IMG/VR virus record: IMGVR_UViG_3300009068_004979
From: a virus
Direction: 5' to 3' (one strand)
DNA length: 64,000 nt
Shown: positions 51,056-59,334 of the stretch, in pieces
Layout: the number at the start of each line of letters is the position of its first letter
How positions within the stretch are numbered: the stretch's first letter is position 1
The notes under the pieces: model-generated
Told to the model about the DNA's origin: nothing
Seen by the model: the letters and a program-made list of their open reading frames with translations, nothing else
Databases searched by the model: none
Translations under genes and position numbers: made by a program

Positions 51056-51061
51056 TATTTA
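51056..51061 (-). promoter_or_regulatory. Late promoter box TAAATA (tail sheath)
   Basis: 6 nt before ATG 51049. Confidence 0.7.
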
Positions 51062-51090
51062 TGTTTCTTCAAGTAAAACTTTTTTACTTT

Positions 51091-51726
51091 TTATAAATTA
51101 TCTACATTTTCAACTAAATTTGCAATAAATTGTGAGTAAGCAAACGAGAAAGTGGTGTCAATTTCACTGCCATCTCTATAGTTAAATTCAATGCCTCCAA
51201 GTTCTGTTGGGAAGGCTTGTGTGTATCTAAACTCTATGGTTCTCTTGTCATATTCATCAAGAGCAAATATAGATATATCTGATCTGTACAAAAGCTGTGT
51301 GGGTGATAATCCTTGATCTTTAGTAATTTTTACAAGAGGAACACCGTCTGTTGTTAAGTTGTTAACATCAAATGTGCTTGTCTTATCATTGTTTAGTAAG
51401 TTTAACCAAGAATATAATACCCAATAGTTATAAAAACGGTTATCCACTGTAAAATTAATAGTCAATGGAGGATAGGGGCTTCTAGAATTGCTTGAATGCT
51501 GCAGTGTTTGCCCGGAATATCTGGTTTGTACTTCGGCCACATCAACATTCGGCACCACCGCACCATATATGGAGAACTGCAGTGAATCAGGGTTGATGCC
51601 TTGTTCTCCGCTTCTAAACTTTGATGCTACTTTCTTCAATGCATCAGGCAAGTTTAATACAAAAAGAAATTTATCTTTGCGTGACTTGTTAAAAGGGCTC
51701 TGCATGTATGCTGTATTGTTGGGCAT
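51091..51726 (-). CDS. Tail completion/tube terminator protein (gp3-like)
   Basis: KFLFVL..QFSI....VP..YPPLTINFTVD..NY..LYSWL..AFPTELGGIEF..F.Y tube-fold. Confidence 0.6.
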   Translation of the reverse strand: MPNNTAYMQSPFNKSRKDKFLFVLNLPDALKKVASKFRSGEQGINPDSLQFSIYGAVVPNVDVAEVQTRYSGQTLQHSSNSRSPYPPLTINFTVDNRFYNYWVLYSWLNLLNNDKTSTFDVNNLTTDGVPLVKITKDQGLSPTQLLYRSDISIFALDEYDKRTIEFRYTQAFPTELGGIEFNYRDGSEIDTTFSFAYSQFIANLVENVDNL

Positions 51727-51729
51727 ATA

Positions 51730-53436
51730 TTAATTTATTCTTTTCCACCCTTGTGACTCTAGATCTTCTATCTCAGAAAATTCTTTTTCACCATTACCAG
51801 AGAATACAATAGGTGGTGGTATGAAGCCCTCTTTGTTCTTCTCATTACTGTAAATTGAAGCTGGGTTAACAAAATATTTGATGCCATAGTCAAGTGGTTT
51901 GAGTTTAAGTGGTTTTTTATTATCATCAACTTCTACAATTTCAAAATACTTCTCTGTGAGCTCATTTTCTAAGATCATAAGCGTCCATACTAAACTCATG
52001 ACACGATCATCCCAACTATCAGCACCAGATTTTGCAGACCATGTACCATTGGGATGACGAACAAACCCTTTGAGTTCAATGAGTGTATTAATATCCCTAA
52101 TCTTTACAGATCTGAGTTCGTTGACCCAGTACCGCATGTTCATTACACCTTTGTATTTTGTGTTGGTGTGAGCTTGTACACCAATCTTTTTATAATCAGT
52201 ACCTGCAATCTTAGGCCCGTAACTCACCAGATTTTCATAGCCAAGAGTGTGTCGCAACTGGTCTACTACTTGTGCGCCACAATTATTTCTTTCAACTAGT
52301 GCTGGTGGTGAACCCCAATGTTGAAGAATTTCATGTAGCTTGGTTGTAAAATTGTATGGGCTAATGTTTCTATTGTGATATACTGCCACTTGTTTGATGT
52401 TGCGTAAATCTGTTATATCGAGAATTTGAGCTACGCTAGCAGCTTCGCCGACGCCTTCACTAATATCTACACCAACCACATACAAATTTTCTTTTTGCGG
52501 TTCTTCCCACATGAGGTAATGGCCGTCTTCGAAAATAAAATTTGGTTCAGTACATTCAGTTTTCAATTCTTCAAAAAGCTTTTCATCAACGGCGCTTTCG
52601 CCAGACTGTAGGAACACATTACCATACTCTTGATCAAATGCTTCGCGACTGCCCATGGATCGTATGGTGTGTTCTTTCCATTCTTCGTCACGACCGGGAA
52701 CTTCCCACCAATCAACTTTTTCTGCTTTCCAGCCATTGGTACCTTCTGTTGCTCCTGAATATAGTGTATGAAATAAATTACCAGTTCCATTGGGTGTACT
52801 GGCAACAAAGATTTTACTTCTCTTGGAGCTTGAAATAATTGGATATACTGATTTCCAAAATTCTTCAACCAGGTGGTTGTCAATAAAGGCCAACTCATCC
52901 AATATGAGAACATTGCAACTATCGCCTCGGCCTGCGTCACTACTGGTTGTAGATATGCCTATGCTACTTCCATTGCCTAGCACCATGGCAGTCTTTCCAT
53001 ATTCAACAGCACCTGGTTTCAAGTAGTTGGGCAATTGTTCGTACGCAAGCCTGATACGTTTGAATATATTAATTGCTGTCTGCTCTTTGTTGGCAACAAC
53101 AAGTATTCTCTGGTCTTCATAAAAACATGCAATCCACAGGGCATAGATTGTCATGAGAGTTGTTTTGCCTATTTGTCTTGATGCCAGACAAACAATAAAT
53201 CTACTGTCTCTCAAGCTTCTAAGAATTTTCTTTTGATAGCCATGCAATGCTATCTTCTCCTTGCCACGATCTAAGTTTATAATGTAGAAAAAATTCTCTG
53301 CAAAGTATAATATGTTCTTTCTGCACTTAGCTATATCTTTAACCCACTCTGGGTGCTCTGCATAATCAAAAGTAGCATCTGGCCGAGGCAGACTAGTGTT
53401 TCCTAAATAAAATTGATTCTCTTGTTTTTTAGGCAT
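51730..53436 (-). CDS. terL: Terminase large subunit (T4 gp17-like)
   Basis: ASRQIGKTT, LILDELAF, STPNG.GN.F, FDQEY, GVDISEGVG, ERNN.G, DDRVMSL. Confidence 0.96.
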   Translation of the reverse strand: MPKKQENQFYLGNTSLPRPDATFDYAEHPEWVKDIAKCRKNILYFAENFFYIINLDRGKEKIALHGYQKKILRSLRDSRFIVCLASRQIGKTTLMTIYALWIACFYEDQRILVVANKEQTAINIFKRIRLAYEQLPNYLKPGAVEYGKTAMVLGNGSSIGISTTSSDAGRGDSCNVLILDELAFIDNHLVEEFWKSVYPIISSSKRSKIFVASTPNGTGNLFHTLYSGATEGTNGWKAEKVDWWEVPGRDEEWKEHTIRSMGSREAFDQEYGNVFLQSGESAVDEKLFEELKTECTEPNFIFEDGHYLMWEEPQKENLYVVGVDISEGVGEAASVAQILDITDLRNIKQVAVYHNRNISPYNFTTKLHEILQHWGSPPALVERNNCGAQVVDQLRHTLGYENLVSYGPKIAGTDYKKIGVQAHTNTKYKGVMNMRYWVNELRSVKIRDINTLIELKGFVRHPNGTWSAKSGADSWDDRVMSLVWTLMILENELTEKYFEIVEVDDNKKPLKLKPLDYGIKYFVNPASIYSNEKNKEGFIPPPIVFSGNGEKEFSEIEDLESQGWKRIN

Positions 53437-53442
53437 ATATTG

Positions 53443-53450
53443 TATAAATA
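53443..53450 (+). promoter_or_regulatory. T4-type late promoter TATAAATA
   Basis: Exact T4 late consensus 6 nt before ATG 53457. Confidence 0.75.
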
Positions 53451-53456
53451 CTTAAG

Positions 53457-54401
53457 ATGAACAACACAAGAACGCTAGTAGAGATGGGTGATTTCTATGA
53501 AAAGAATATCATCGAGGAGAAGAAATCAGTATTCCCTCCCAAGGGTACTTTTGAGTTAGCCACGGCTAAGAAAGCTGGTCCTGGTGAAGCTAAAAAAGAT
53601 CCTTTTGTTGATACCAAGGGTTCTGGTCCATGTGCTGAAGGCAATGGATTTGATGAGAAAAAGCTACTTGATCCAAAGAAAACAAAAGGTAAAGATTTTC
53701 CTCAGACAGCTAAATTTTCTGCTGATACTGTAAATATTACAAAGACTCTTGAAAAAACAGAATCAGAAACAATAAATAATTTTATGAGCAAATCTATATT
53801 TGATAAACTATATGAAGAAGTGATGGGGGGTCACGAAGATGAGGCCGACGCAGCAGCCCTCGGATTACCTGCTGAAGTTGGAACACCTGAAGGTGAAAAA
53901 GAAGAAGAAAAGAGTTTAAAAACCATTCTTGCTGATGCTATTGCATCATTGCAGAAGGTACATGATGCTCTTCCTGCTGATCTAGAATCAGAAGAGAAGG
54001 GTGGTGAAGAAGCTTCTGACGAAGAAGGTTCCGATGAAGATGCTGAACAAGCATTTGCTCCTTCTGAAGACGCCGAAGCCAAAGCTAAGAAGGATGAAGA
54101 AGAAGATGAAGAAGCCAATGAAGCAACTGAAATGAAAGAAGTTCCTGCTTCAGCTGGTGAAGGTCTTGCAAAAGTTGGTGGCGCAGCCAATCAAGTTGGT
54201 GACGAAACAAAAAAGCTCGTCTCCAAGGGTGGCGGCGATGGTAAGATCAAAGATGGTATCGATGCTAAAGGTGAAGATAAAGGTCATTCTTTAGTTGGTG
54301 CCGGTGTTAAGGGTGGTGCTCCTACATCAGTTAAAGGTAAAGCTAATGTAGTTAACTCCAAGACATCCAAAGTTGGTGCTTATCTAGCTGGTCTAAAATA
54401 A
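53457..54401 (+). CDS. Acidic/Lys-rich low-complexity late protein (possible prohead core or internal protein)
   Basis: Glu/Asp-rich centre and Gly/Lys-rich C-terminus; perfect TATAAATA-N6-ATG; followed by a strong terminator. Confidence 0.6.
   Translation: MNNTRTLVEMGDFYEKNIIEEKKSVFPPKGTFELATAKKAGPGEAKKDPFVDTKGSGPCAEGNGFDEKKLLDPKKTKGKDFPQTAKFSADTVNITKTLEKTESETINNFMSKSIFDKLYEEVMGGHEDEADAAALGLPAEVGTPEGEKEEEKSLKTILADAIASLQKVHDALPADLESEEKGGEEASDEEGSDEDAEQAFAPSEDAEAKAKKDEEEDEEANEATEMKEVPASAGEGLAKVGGAANQVGDETKKLVSKGGGDGKIKDGIDAKGEDKGHSLVGAGVKGGAPTSVKGKANVVNSKTSKVGAYLAGLK
53784..54401 (+). CDS. Probable nested in-frame short product (205 aa, MSKSIFDKLYEE...)
   Basis: Internal TAAATA (53773-53778)-N5-ATG (53784), in frame at codon 110. 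Confidence 0.45.
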   Translation: MSKSIFDKLYEEVMGGHEDEADAAALGLPAEVGTPEGEKEEEKSLKTILADAIASLQKVHDALPADLESEEKGGEEASDEEGSDEDAEQAFAPSEDAEAKAKKDEEEDEEANEATEMKEVPASAGEGLAKVGGAANQVGDETKKLVSKGGGDGKIKDGIDAKGEDKGHSLVGAGVKGGAPTSVKGKANVVNSKTSKVGAYLAGLK

Positions 54402-54424
54402 CATTAGATAACCAAATATAGATT

Positions 54425-54462
54425 AAAAAAGGGCCTTGACGCAAGTTAAGGCCCTTTTTTTT
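54425..54462. terminator. Intrinsic terminator, potentially bidirectional
   Basis: AAAAAA-GGGCCTTGAC-GCAA-GTTAAGGCCC-TTTTTTTT: 10-bp stem (one G-U pair), GNRA loop, A and T tracts. Confidence 0.9.
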
Positions 54463-54476
54463 GCTTAAATAATATT

Positions 54477-54803
54477 GTGCAAAGCTTTCGTAATTTCTTT
54501 AATAAGACTGGTGCGGGAGTAGAACATCGTCATATGAAAGATGTTGTACCAGATGCATCTTCTCATCCACAAAGCCCTGGTAAAACAGTACCAGAATATA
54601 TACGCACAAAGAATAAGAATCAAAAAGTCGAGCAGCTCAAAAAGCAGCAAAGTGGTAGAATAACACTCAATAAAAGCGATATTGCACAGATACAGAGTGA
54701 ATTTCAAGCTCAGCTAGACATCCATAAACCAAAAAAACTAGGCAATACAGGCATAACTTTACGCTACGATGCGTCAATAAATGCGCCTATCTTGGAGAAA
54801 TAA
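54477..54803 (+). CDS. Hypothetical late protein
   Basis: GTG start with TAAATA-N5; N-terminus MQSFRNFF; its stop abuts the neck gene. Confidence 0.55.
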   Translation: MQSFRNFFNKTGAGVEHRHMKDVVPDASSHPQSPGKTVPEYIRTKNKNQKVEQLKKQQSGRITLNKSDIAQIQSEFQAQLDIHKPKKLGNTGITLRYDASINAPILEK

Positions 54804-55544
54804 ATGGCAAATGAGCTGATAGCAATGGATCAGTATACAGGTAACAATACACCTAACGTATATCCTTTTGCTTTTGTTGACAATGAATGCTTTCGTTATA
54901 CTAACAAAGAAAATAATGCTTCAGAAAGAAATGTATACTCTAACTATTTCAGAGAGCAGATTAATTTATATGGTCAGAAAATAGGTTATTATGTAAACAA
55001 TTTTAACTTGTTATCCGCAGATAATCTGTACGGTGAACAACCAACACAGAAGTTTTCTCCGCCCCAATATATCATAATGGCTATCAATTTAAATGAAAAC
55101 GCTACTATGCTAAGCAAATATGGATTGATAGCAGAAGATGAGATCACAGCTTTTATACACATAAGCGCGTTCTATGAAACATTTGGCTACCAAGCTGAAC
55201 CAAAATCTGGTGATGTATTCCAGCTTGTTGAATATGGTAGTGATAGACCTGGAGGCAGAAATGGTAATTATTATGAAATAACACAGAGATTGGATCAAGA
55301 TATAGCTCAAATTAACCCACTCATGGGTCATTATGTTTGGTTGATTAAAGCTAAACGTTTTGAATATTCCTTTGAGCCTGGTTTATCTGGCTCAGCTCAA
55401 AACCAGCAAATATTTGACGATACTAAAAATCCTGCAGCATCAGGTGCTACTAAGCCATATGACTACAGCGCAGACATTGCATCAAGACAAATATTTGATT
55501 ATACACAGACTGACTATGGTGATGTGTACGGTGGCTACTACTAA
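54804..55544 (+). CDS. gp14: Neck/head closure protein (T4 gp14-like)
   Basis: EQINLYG..YY..LYGE..F..LSKYGL..DE....I..P.SGD..YEIT..F.YS.E. Confidence 0.75.
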   Translation: MANELIAMDQYTGNNTPNVYPFAFVDNECFRYTNKENNASERNVYSNYFREQINLYGQKIGYYVNNFNLLSADNLYGEQPTQKFSPPQYIIMAINLNENATMLSKYGLIAEDEITAFIHISAFYETFGYQAEPKSGDVFQLVEYGSDRPGGRNGNYYEITQRLDQDIAQINPLMGHYVWLIKAKRFEYSFEPGLSGSAQNQQIFDDTKNPAASGATKPYDYSADIASRQIFDYTQTDYGDVYGGYY

Positions 55545-55816
55545 TCGGATCTTTCCAAGCTATCGTAATCTGGCAATTCTTCTTGACGGTGTTTGGCAAT
55601 GAATTTATCTCCCTGTCTGCAAGATTCAAATTGCATCTCAACTGCGGGGCCTCCGCGACAGACAAAGTTATACATGACACCATTTTCGGTTCTTTTGATA
55701 TTAATAAGTGAATATGTTACACCGGGTTTAAAATTTTTCTCACCGCGAAAAAAATTCTTAGGATCAACGCGTTGAGCTGGTGTTACTTTGAGATTGGTTC
55801 CAATGATGTAGTGCAT
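55541..55816 (-). CDS. Hypothetical protein
   Basis: 91 aa ORF in an overlapping minus-strand run. Confidence 0.5.
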   Translation of the reverse strand: MHYIIGTNLKVTPAQRVDPKNFFRGEKNFKPGVTYSLINIKRTENGVMYNFVCRGGPAVEMQFESCRQGDKFIAKHRQEELPDYDSLERSD

Positions 55817-56097
55817 TTTACTTTTACTGGTATGCTAGTGATAGTGCTCTTATCAAACAACTCTACTTCATCTACCATAGAATCAAATCGCTCGGTAATA
55901 TATTTTTGAAATGAAAGTGGTTTGACCCAATCTACGTCTTTCAAATCTACCTTCATTTGAGCAGCTTTTTTATTCACATGCTCCAATGCTTCTAGTAGAC
56001 AAATCCATCTACTGTATTCATCAACTGTTAATTGATGATTCTTCGTTTTAGTTTCAACTGTTATGTATTTTTTTGAATGTTCCGATTGCATATCCAA
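55783..56097 (-). CDS. Hypothetical protein
   Basis: 104 aa ORF overlapping both neighbours. Confidence 0.5.
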   Translation of the reverse strand: MDMQSEHSKKYITVETKTKNHQLTVDEYSRWICLLEALEHVNKKAAQMKVDLKDVDWVKPLSFQKYITERFDSMVDEVELFDKSTITSIPVKVKCTTSLEPISK

Positions 56098-56506
56098 GGA
56101 TTATCAAGGAAAGCTTCCTAGCGTCAAGAATATTCTTCTCCTTGTTTAAAGTCGTCAGTAAAGTGTAGTAGGATTCTAGTAAAGCTTCAGCACCTTTATG
56201 AGCCTGCACAGTGGCACTCACTGTCTGATCTTTTAACGCCTCATCAATTGTACCAGCACGTATGCTCTTTGTTAAATGGTCTATTACCAAGCTGATAATG
56301 CTTTTAATAAAGGTACGTTCATTGGATATATCTTTCTTGAAATATGCTAATCCCTCATCTAGAGATGCAAGATCTTTATACTCCAGACCACTCTTTATGC
56401 TATGTAATATTTCGTCAAAATTAATTTTAGCTCGAGCTTGGGTAGGATTAAATTTGTCGTTTTGTGTGGTGGTAGTTAAATTGGAAATGCTTTCAGGTAT
56501 ATCCAT
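56054..56506 (-). CDS. Hypothetical helical protein
   Basis: 150 aa; TAATG coupling with the upstream gene. Confidence 0.55.
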   Translation of the reverse strand: MDIPESISNLTTTTQNDKFNPTQARAKINFDEILHSIKSGLEYKDLASLDEGLAYFKKDISNERTFIKSIISLVIDHLTKSIRAGTIDEALKDQTVSATVQAHKGAEALLESYYTLLTTLNKEKNILDARKLSLIILGYAIGTFKKIHNS

Positions 56507-56955
56507 TATGATGCTTTCTGCTTGACTTGCTGTTCAACAAGTTTATTAAAGATTGCTTCAACATCACCTGTTGCAGTATTCGCAATAGGCTCTGTTACCA
56601 GTGCTGTCTCTGCTGCAAGCACAATACCTACAGTCTTGCTACACTCTTTGCATTTGTAGTAATTGGAAGAGTTTAATTTTACAGGAACGAAGTCTTTTAT
56701 CTTCTTGGAACAAGGACACTCAACAGCAAGGCCCTGGTAGGAGAACTCTTTGATGCGTTCATTCTCTAGCTGCTTATTTTTAAGTGTAGCATATACTTCC
56801 AGTCCATATGAAAAAGCACGAAAGACAGCAAATTGTATCACAACACCAAAAGCAATGCCAAGGTAAAAATTTAAACTAACAGCGTTAAACAACAAGCCAA
56901 AGCATAATGCAACGGCTATAATAATACATAGCTGCGATACCAATCGTCTGAGCAT
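56506..56955 (-). CDS. Membrane protein (two hydrophobic helices) with C-terminal Zn-ribbon-like motif
   Basis: Hydrophobic N-terminal ~45 aa; ECPC...CKEC. Confidence 0.6.
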   Translation of the reverse strand: MLRRLVSQLCIIIAVALCFGLLFNAVSLNFYLGIAFGVVIQFAVFRAFSYGLEVYATLKNKQLENERIKEFSYQGLAVECPCSKKIKDFVPVKLNSSNYYKCKECSKTVGIVLAAETALVTEPIANTATGDVEAIFNKLVEQQVKQKAS

Positions 56956-56961
56956 ACGTTT

Positions 56962-56989
56962 ATTATACGAGATTTTTCTACTTAATCAA
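56962..56989 (-). promoter_or_regulatory. Sigma70-type promoter
   Basis: TTGATT-N16-TATAAT-N6-ATG. Confidence 0.7.
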
Positions 56990-57362
56990 CAATATTTTCT
57001 AATGAATCGCTAATCTGCTTTATTTCGTCAATAATATTGCCAAGCTTGCTAATGATGGTGTCAACGCTTGCTTTTGCTTTCTCTTTCTTATTGATCAATG
57101 GATACTGCATAGCTTGTTCAAAAAGCCGTTTAGAATTGGCAGCATTCACATACAAAGAAGATAACTCGTTGAGTACGTTAGAAATAGGATACGGTAATGT
57201 TTTTTGTGCCTTGGCATCATTTGGATACTGGCTGGTAGACATGGTTTTATCGAATAAATCTCTGAGTGACAACCTTTGAGCATTGATTTCTCTTGATGAG
57301 ATACCTTGTGTCCATTTGTTAAATTGCATGGTCATATCTTCAAAAACGATCTTCTTTTTCAC
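56982..57362 (-). CDS. Hypothetical late protein
   Basis: GTG start with TAAATA-N5. Confidence 0.55.
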   Translation of the reverse strand: MKKKIVFEDMTMQFNKWTQGISSREINAQRLSLRDLFDKTMSTSQYPNDAKAQKTLPYPISNVLNELSSLYVNAANSKRLFEQAMQYPLINKKEKAKASVDTIISKLGNIIDEIKQISDSLENIVD

Positions 57363-57367
57363 TGAAT

Positions 57368-57390
57368 TATTTAATCTAATGTAATAAATA
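57368..57390. promoter_or_regulatory. Divergent pair of late boxes
   Basis: TAAATA at 57368-57373 (-, N5 to GTG 57362) and 57385-57390 (+, N5 to ATG 57396). Confidence 0.65.
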
Positions 57391-57395
57391 ATAGT

Positions 57396-57791
57396 ATGAG
57401 CAACTTTGAGAAAATATTTAAAACTGTGTTAGAAGCAGACGAGCCACAAGCAGCTCCAGTAACTGATAAAGAAGCTATGGCACAGCAGTTAGATACAGCA
57501 AAACCAGAAGATTTTGATGTTCAGGTAGCTAAAAGAGCAGAACAAATTGATCACAACAAAGTTGAGCAAGTGGGAAAACTTAAAGAGTGGATTGGCAGAA
57601 TCGATGAATTTATTAATTATTTGAACGGTACAGATGGTGCTTCCATTCAAGCTCAGCTACACGCTGCACCATGTGATACAGCTTTTGAAGAAATTGCTCG
57701 TAGTGAAAAGAAGAAGATTGCTCGTCTTGCTGCTGAACTTAGCTCTCTAAGTGAATCCTTGAAGGGCTATCTAATTTCTTCTAACGACTAA
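57396..57791 (+). CDS. Hypothetical late protein (possible internal head protein)
   Basis: TAAATA-N5-ATG; N-terminus MSNFEKIFKTVLEA. Confidence 0.6.
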   Translation: MSNFEKIFKTVLEADEPQAAPVTDKEAMAQQLDTAKPEDFDVQVAKRAEQIDHNKVEQVGKLKEWIGRIDEFINYLNGTDGASIQAQLHAAPCDTAFEEIARSEKKKIARLAAELSSLSESLKGYLISSND

Positions 57792-58815
57792 TTACTGATA
57801 GTACCAGCTTAGCTTTTAAATCACTATGCGAATTGCAGATTAAAAATTCAGGATCTAGCTGGTTAATATTTTTTGCTATACACAAATCGTTAATATCCTT
57901 ATACTGCTTGCCTTTGCTTTCAGGCCAAATGAACACACTCTCGCCAATGTTTACAAGCTTTTCTGTTTTCTTTCTGCTAGCTTTATCAATCCACTGCGAA
58001 TCGAGTACCCATATTCGTTTGTGAAATTTATATTGTGATATCTGACGCTCTTGTAGTGGTGTAAATGTATTGTAGCTATCCTCCTGAATACCTGCTACAG
58101 CTGTGCCGTTTTTAACAAAAAAAGAATTTATAGGTCCTTCAAAAATAAAAATATAATCAAGCTCTGCGCTTACCTTATTAATGTTATAGAGTGAGCGTTC
58201 ACCGTTTATTTTACTCAAATATTTTGGTCTTAAGCGCATATCTTTATCATAAATTGCACGAGTTTGGTAAAATATAATGTCGTTGCTCTCACTGTAGAAT
58301 GGAATTACAAGTCTGTTCTTATGCACGGGATCAACAAGAGATATCCAGAGTGTATCCGGTCGATTCACTGCAGTATCAAGTTTTCTATTCTTAATAATAT
58401 TAAGAGCATCTTTTACAACAGCATTATTTGAGTAGTACAATAGCTGACTCTTATCAAATAAGTTTATAGAATCTGCTGGCAGACTTTCTGTATTCTTTCT
58501 TACTACAGGTGCAATCTCATCTTTAAGAATATCAAGCGGCAGTACATCATAGTTCTTGGTTTCATCTATTATTTCAGGTAATGATAACCCGGACACTTCT
58601 TGAATCCATTTGCTTGGGTTGCTGTACCACCCACAATTATGACAGCATATGGCATTATTTTCTACAATATAATAACAGCGTCTTTTCTTACCCCAAGAGC
58701 GACCTTCACGGCAAATAGGGCAGCTGGCTTCATATGTATTCGATAGCCTTTTAAAACGAGGCGAACCTGCGTATTGATAAAATTTCTGAACAATATAATC
58801 CTGAGGAAGAATCAC
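57781..58815 (-). CDS. gp61: DNA primase (T4 gp61-like)
   Basis: CPIC.EG..CHNCG zinc ribbon, RLVIPFY, YQTRA, KYL, FEGPI, TOPRIM; KDINDL. Confidence 0.92.
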   Translation of the reverse strand: MILPQDYIVQKFYQYAGSPRFKRLSNTYEASCPICREGRSWGKKRRCYYIVENNAICCHNCGWYSNPSKWIQEVSGLSLPEIIDETKNYDVLPLDILKDEIAPVVRKNTESLPADSINLFDKSQLLYYSNNAVVKDALNIIKNRKLDTAVNRPDTLWISLVDPVHKNRLVIPFYSESNDIIFYQTRAIYDKDMRLRPKYLSKINGERSLYNINKVSAELDYIFIFEGPINSFFVKNGTAVAGIQEDSYNTFTPLQERQISQYKFHKRIWVLDSQWIDKASRKKTEKLVNIGESVFIWPESKGKQYKDINDLCIAKNINQLDPEFLICNSHSDLKAKLVLSVISR

Positions 58816-58821
58816 TACTAT

Positions 58822-58849
58822 AGGTTACAGGCACCTAAGAAAAAAACAA
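58822..58849 (-). promoter_or_regulatory. Sigma70-type promoter (primase)
   Basis: TTGTTT-N16-TAACCT-N6-GTG. Confidence 0.5.
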
Positions 58850-58851
58850 GA

Positions 58852-59040
58852 TTATTTTTTCTCAGGCTGAGGCAAATCTCTGACAGAAACAACGCCTTTG
58901 CGGATAAAGGAGCCACTAGATGGGTCGATATAGTGAGCTTCAACAATTTCTTTATTGTCACGAATGTAAGTTTTTAATTGCGGCTTAACAGGTTGTCCGC
59001 TAATAGGTGAAACAATGATTTTTGGTTCAATTAAGTCCAT
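58852..59040 (-). CDS. Small hypothetical late protein
   Basis: 62 aa; TAAATA-N5-ATG. Confidence 0.55.
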   Translation of the reverse strand: MDLIEPKIIVSPISGQPVKPQLKTYIRDNKEIVEAHYIDPSSGSFIRKGVVSVRDLPQPEKK

Positions 59041-59070
59041 ACTAGTATTTACTCTGATAGTTTGTTTATT

Positions 59071-59334
59071 CTAGCTTTTATTCTTCTTATATTGCTTAAC
59101 ACATGTACCATACACATCTGCAGGTAGTTTCTCGACTATATCAATAATTTTATGTTTTAAGCCATGGCTAAAATTTTCTATTGTTGTATTGCGTAATTGC
59201 ATTTCAGGTAATGCAAGAAAACAATGTTCATGCTGCTGATCTTCAATATATACCCACATTTCTCCCAAGTATTTACCTTGAGTTACAGCGTACAGATACT
59301 TCTTTTTAGGATGACTGGTTGTAAAAATTCTCAT
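59071..59334 (-). CDS. Hypothetical protein
   Basis: Likely start MRIFTT at 59334, which avoids a long overlap with rmlB. Confidence 0.5.
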   Translation of the reverse strand: MRIFTTSHPKKKYLYAVTQGKYLGEMWVYIEDQQHEHCFLALPEMQLRNTTIENFSHGLKHKIIDIVEKLPADVYGTCVKQYKKNKS

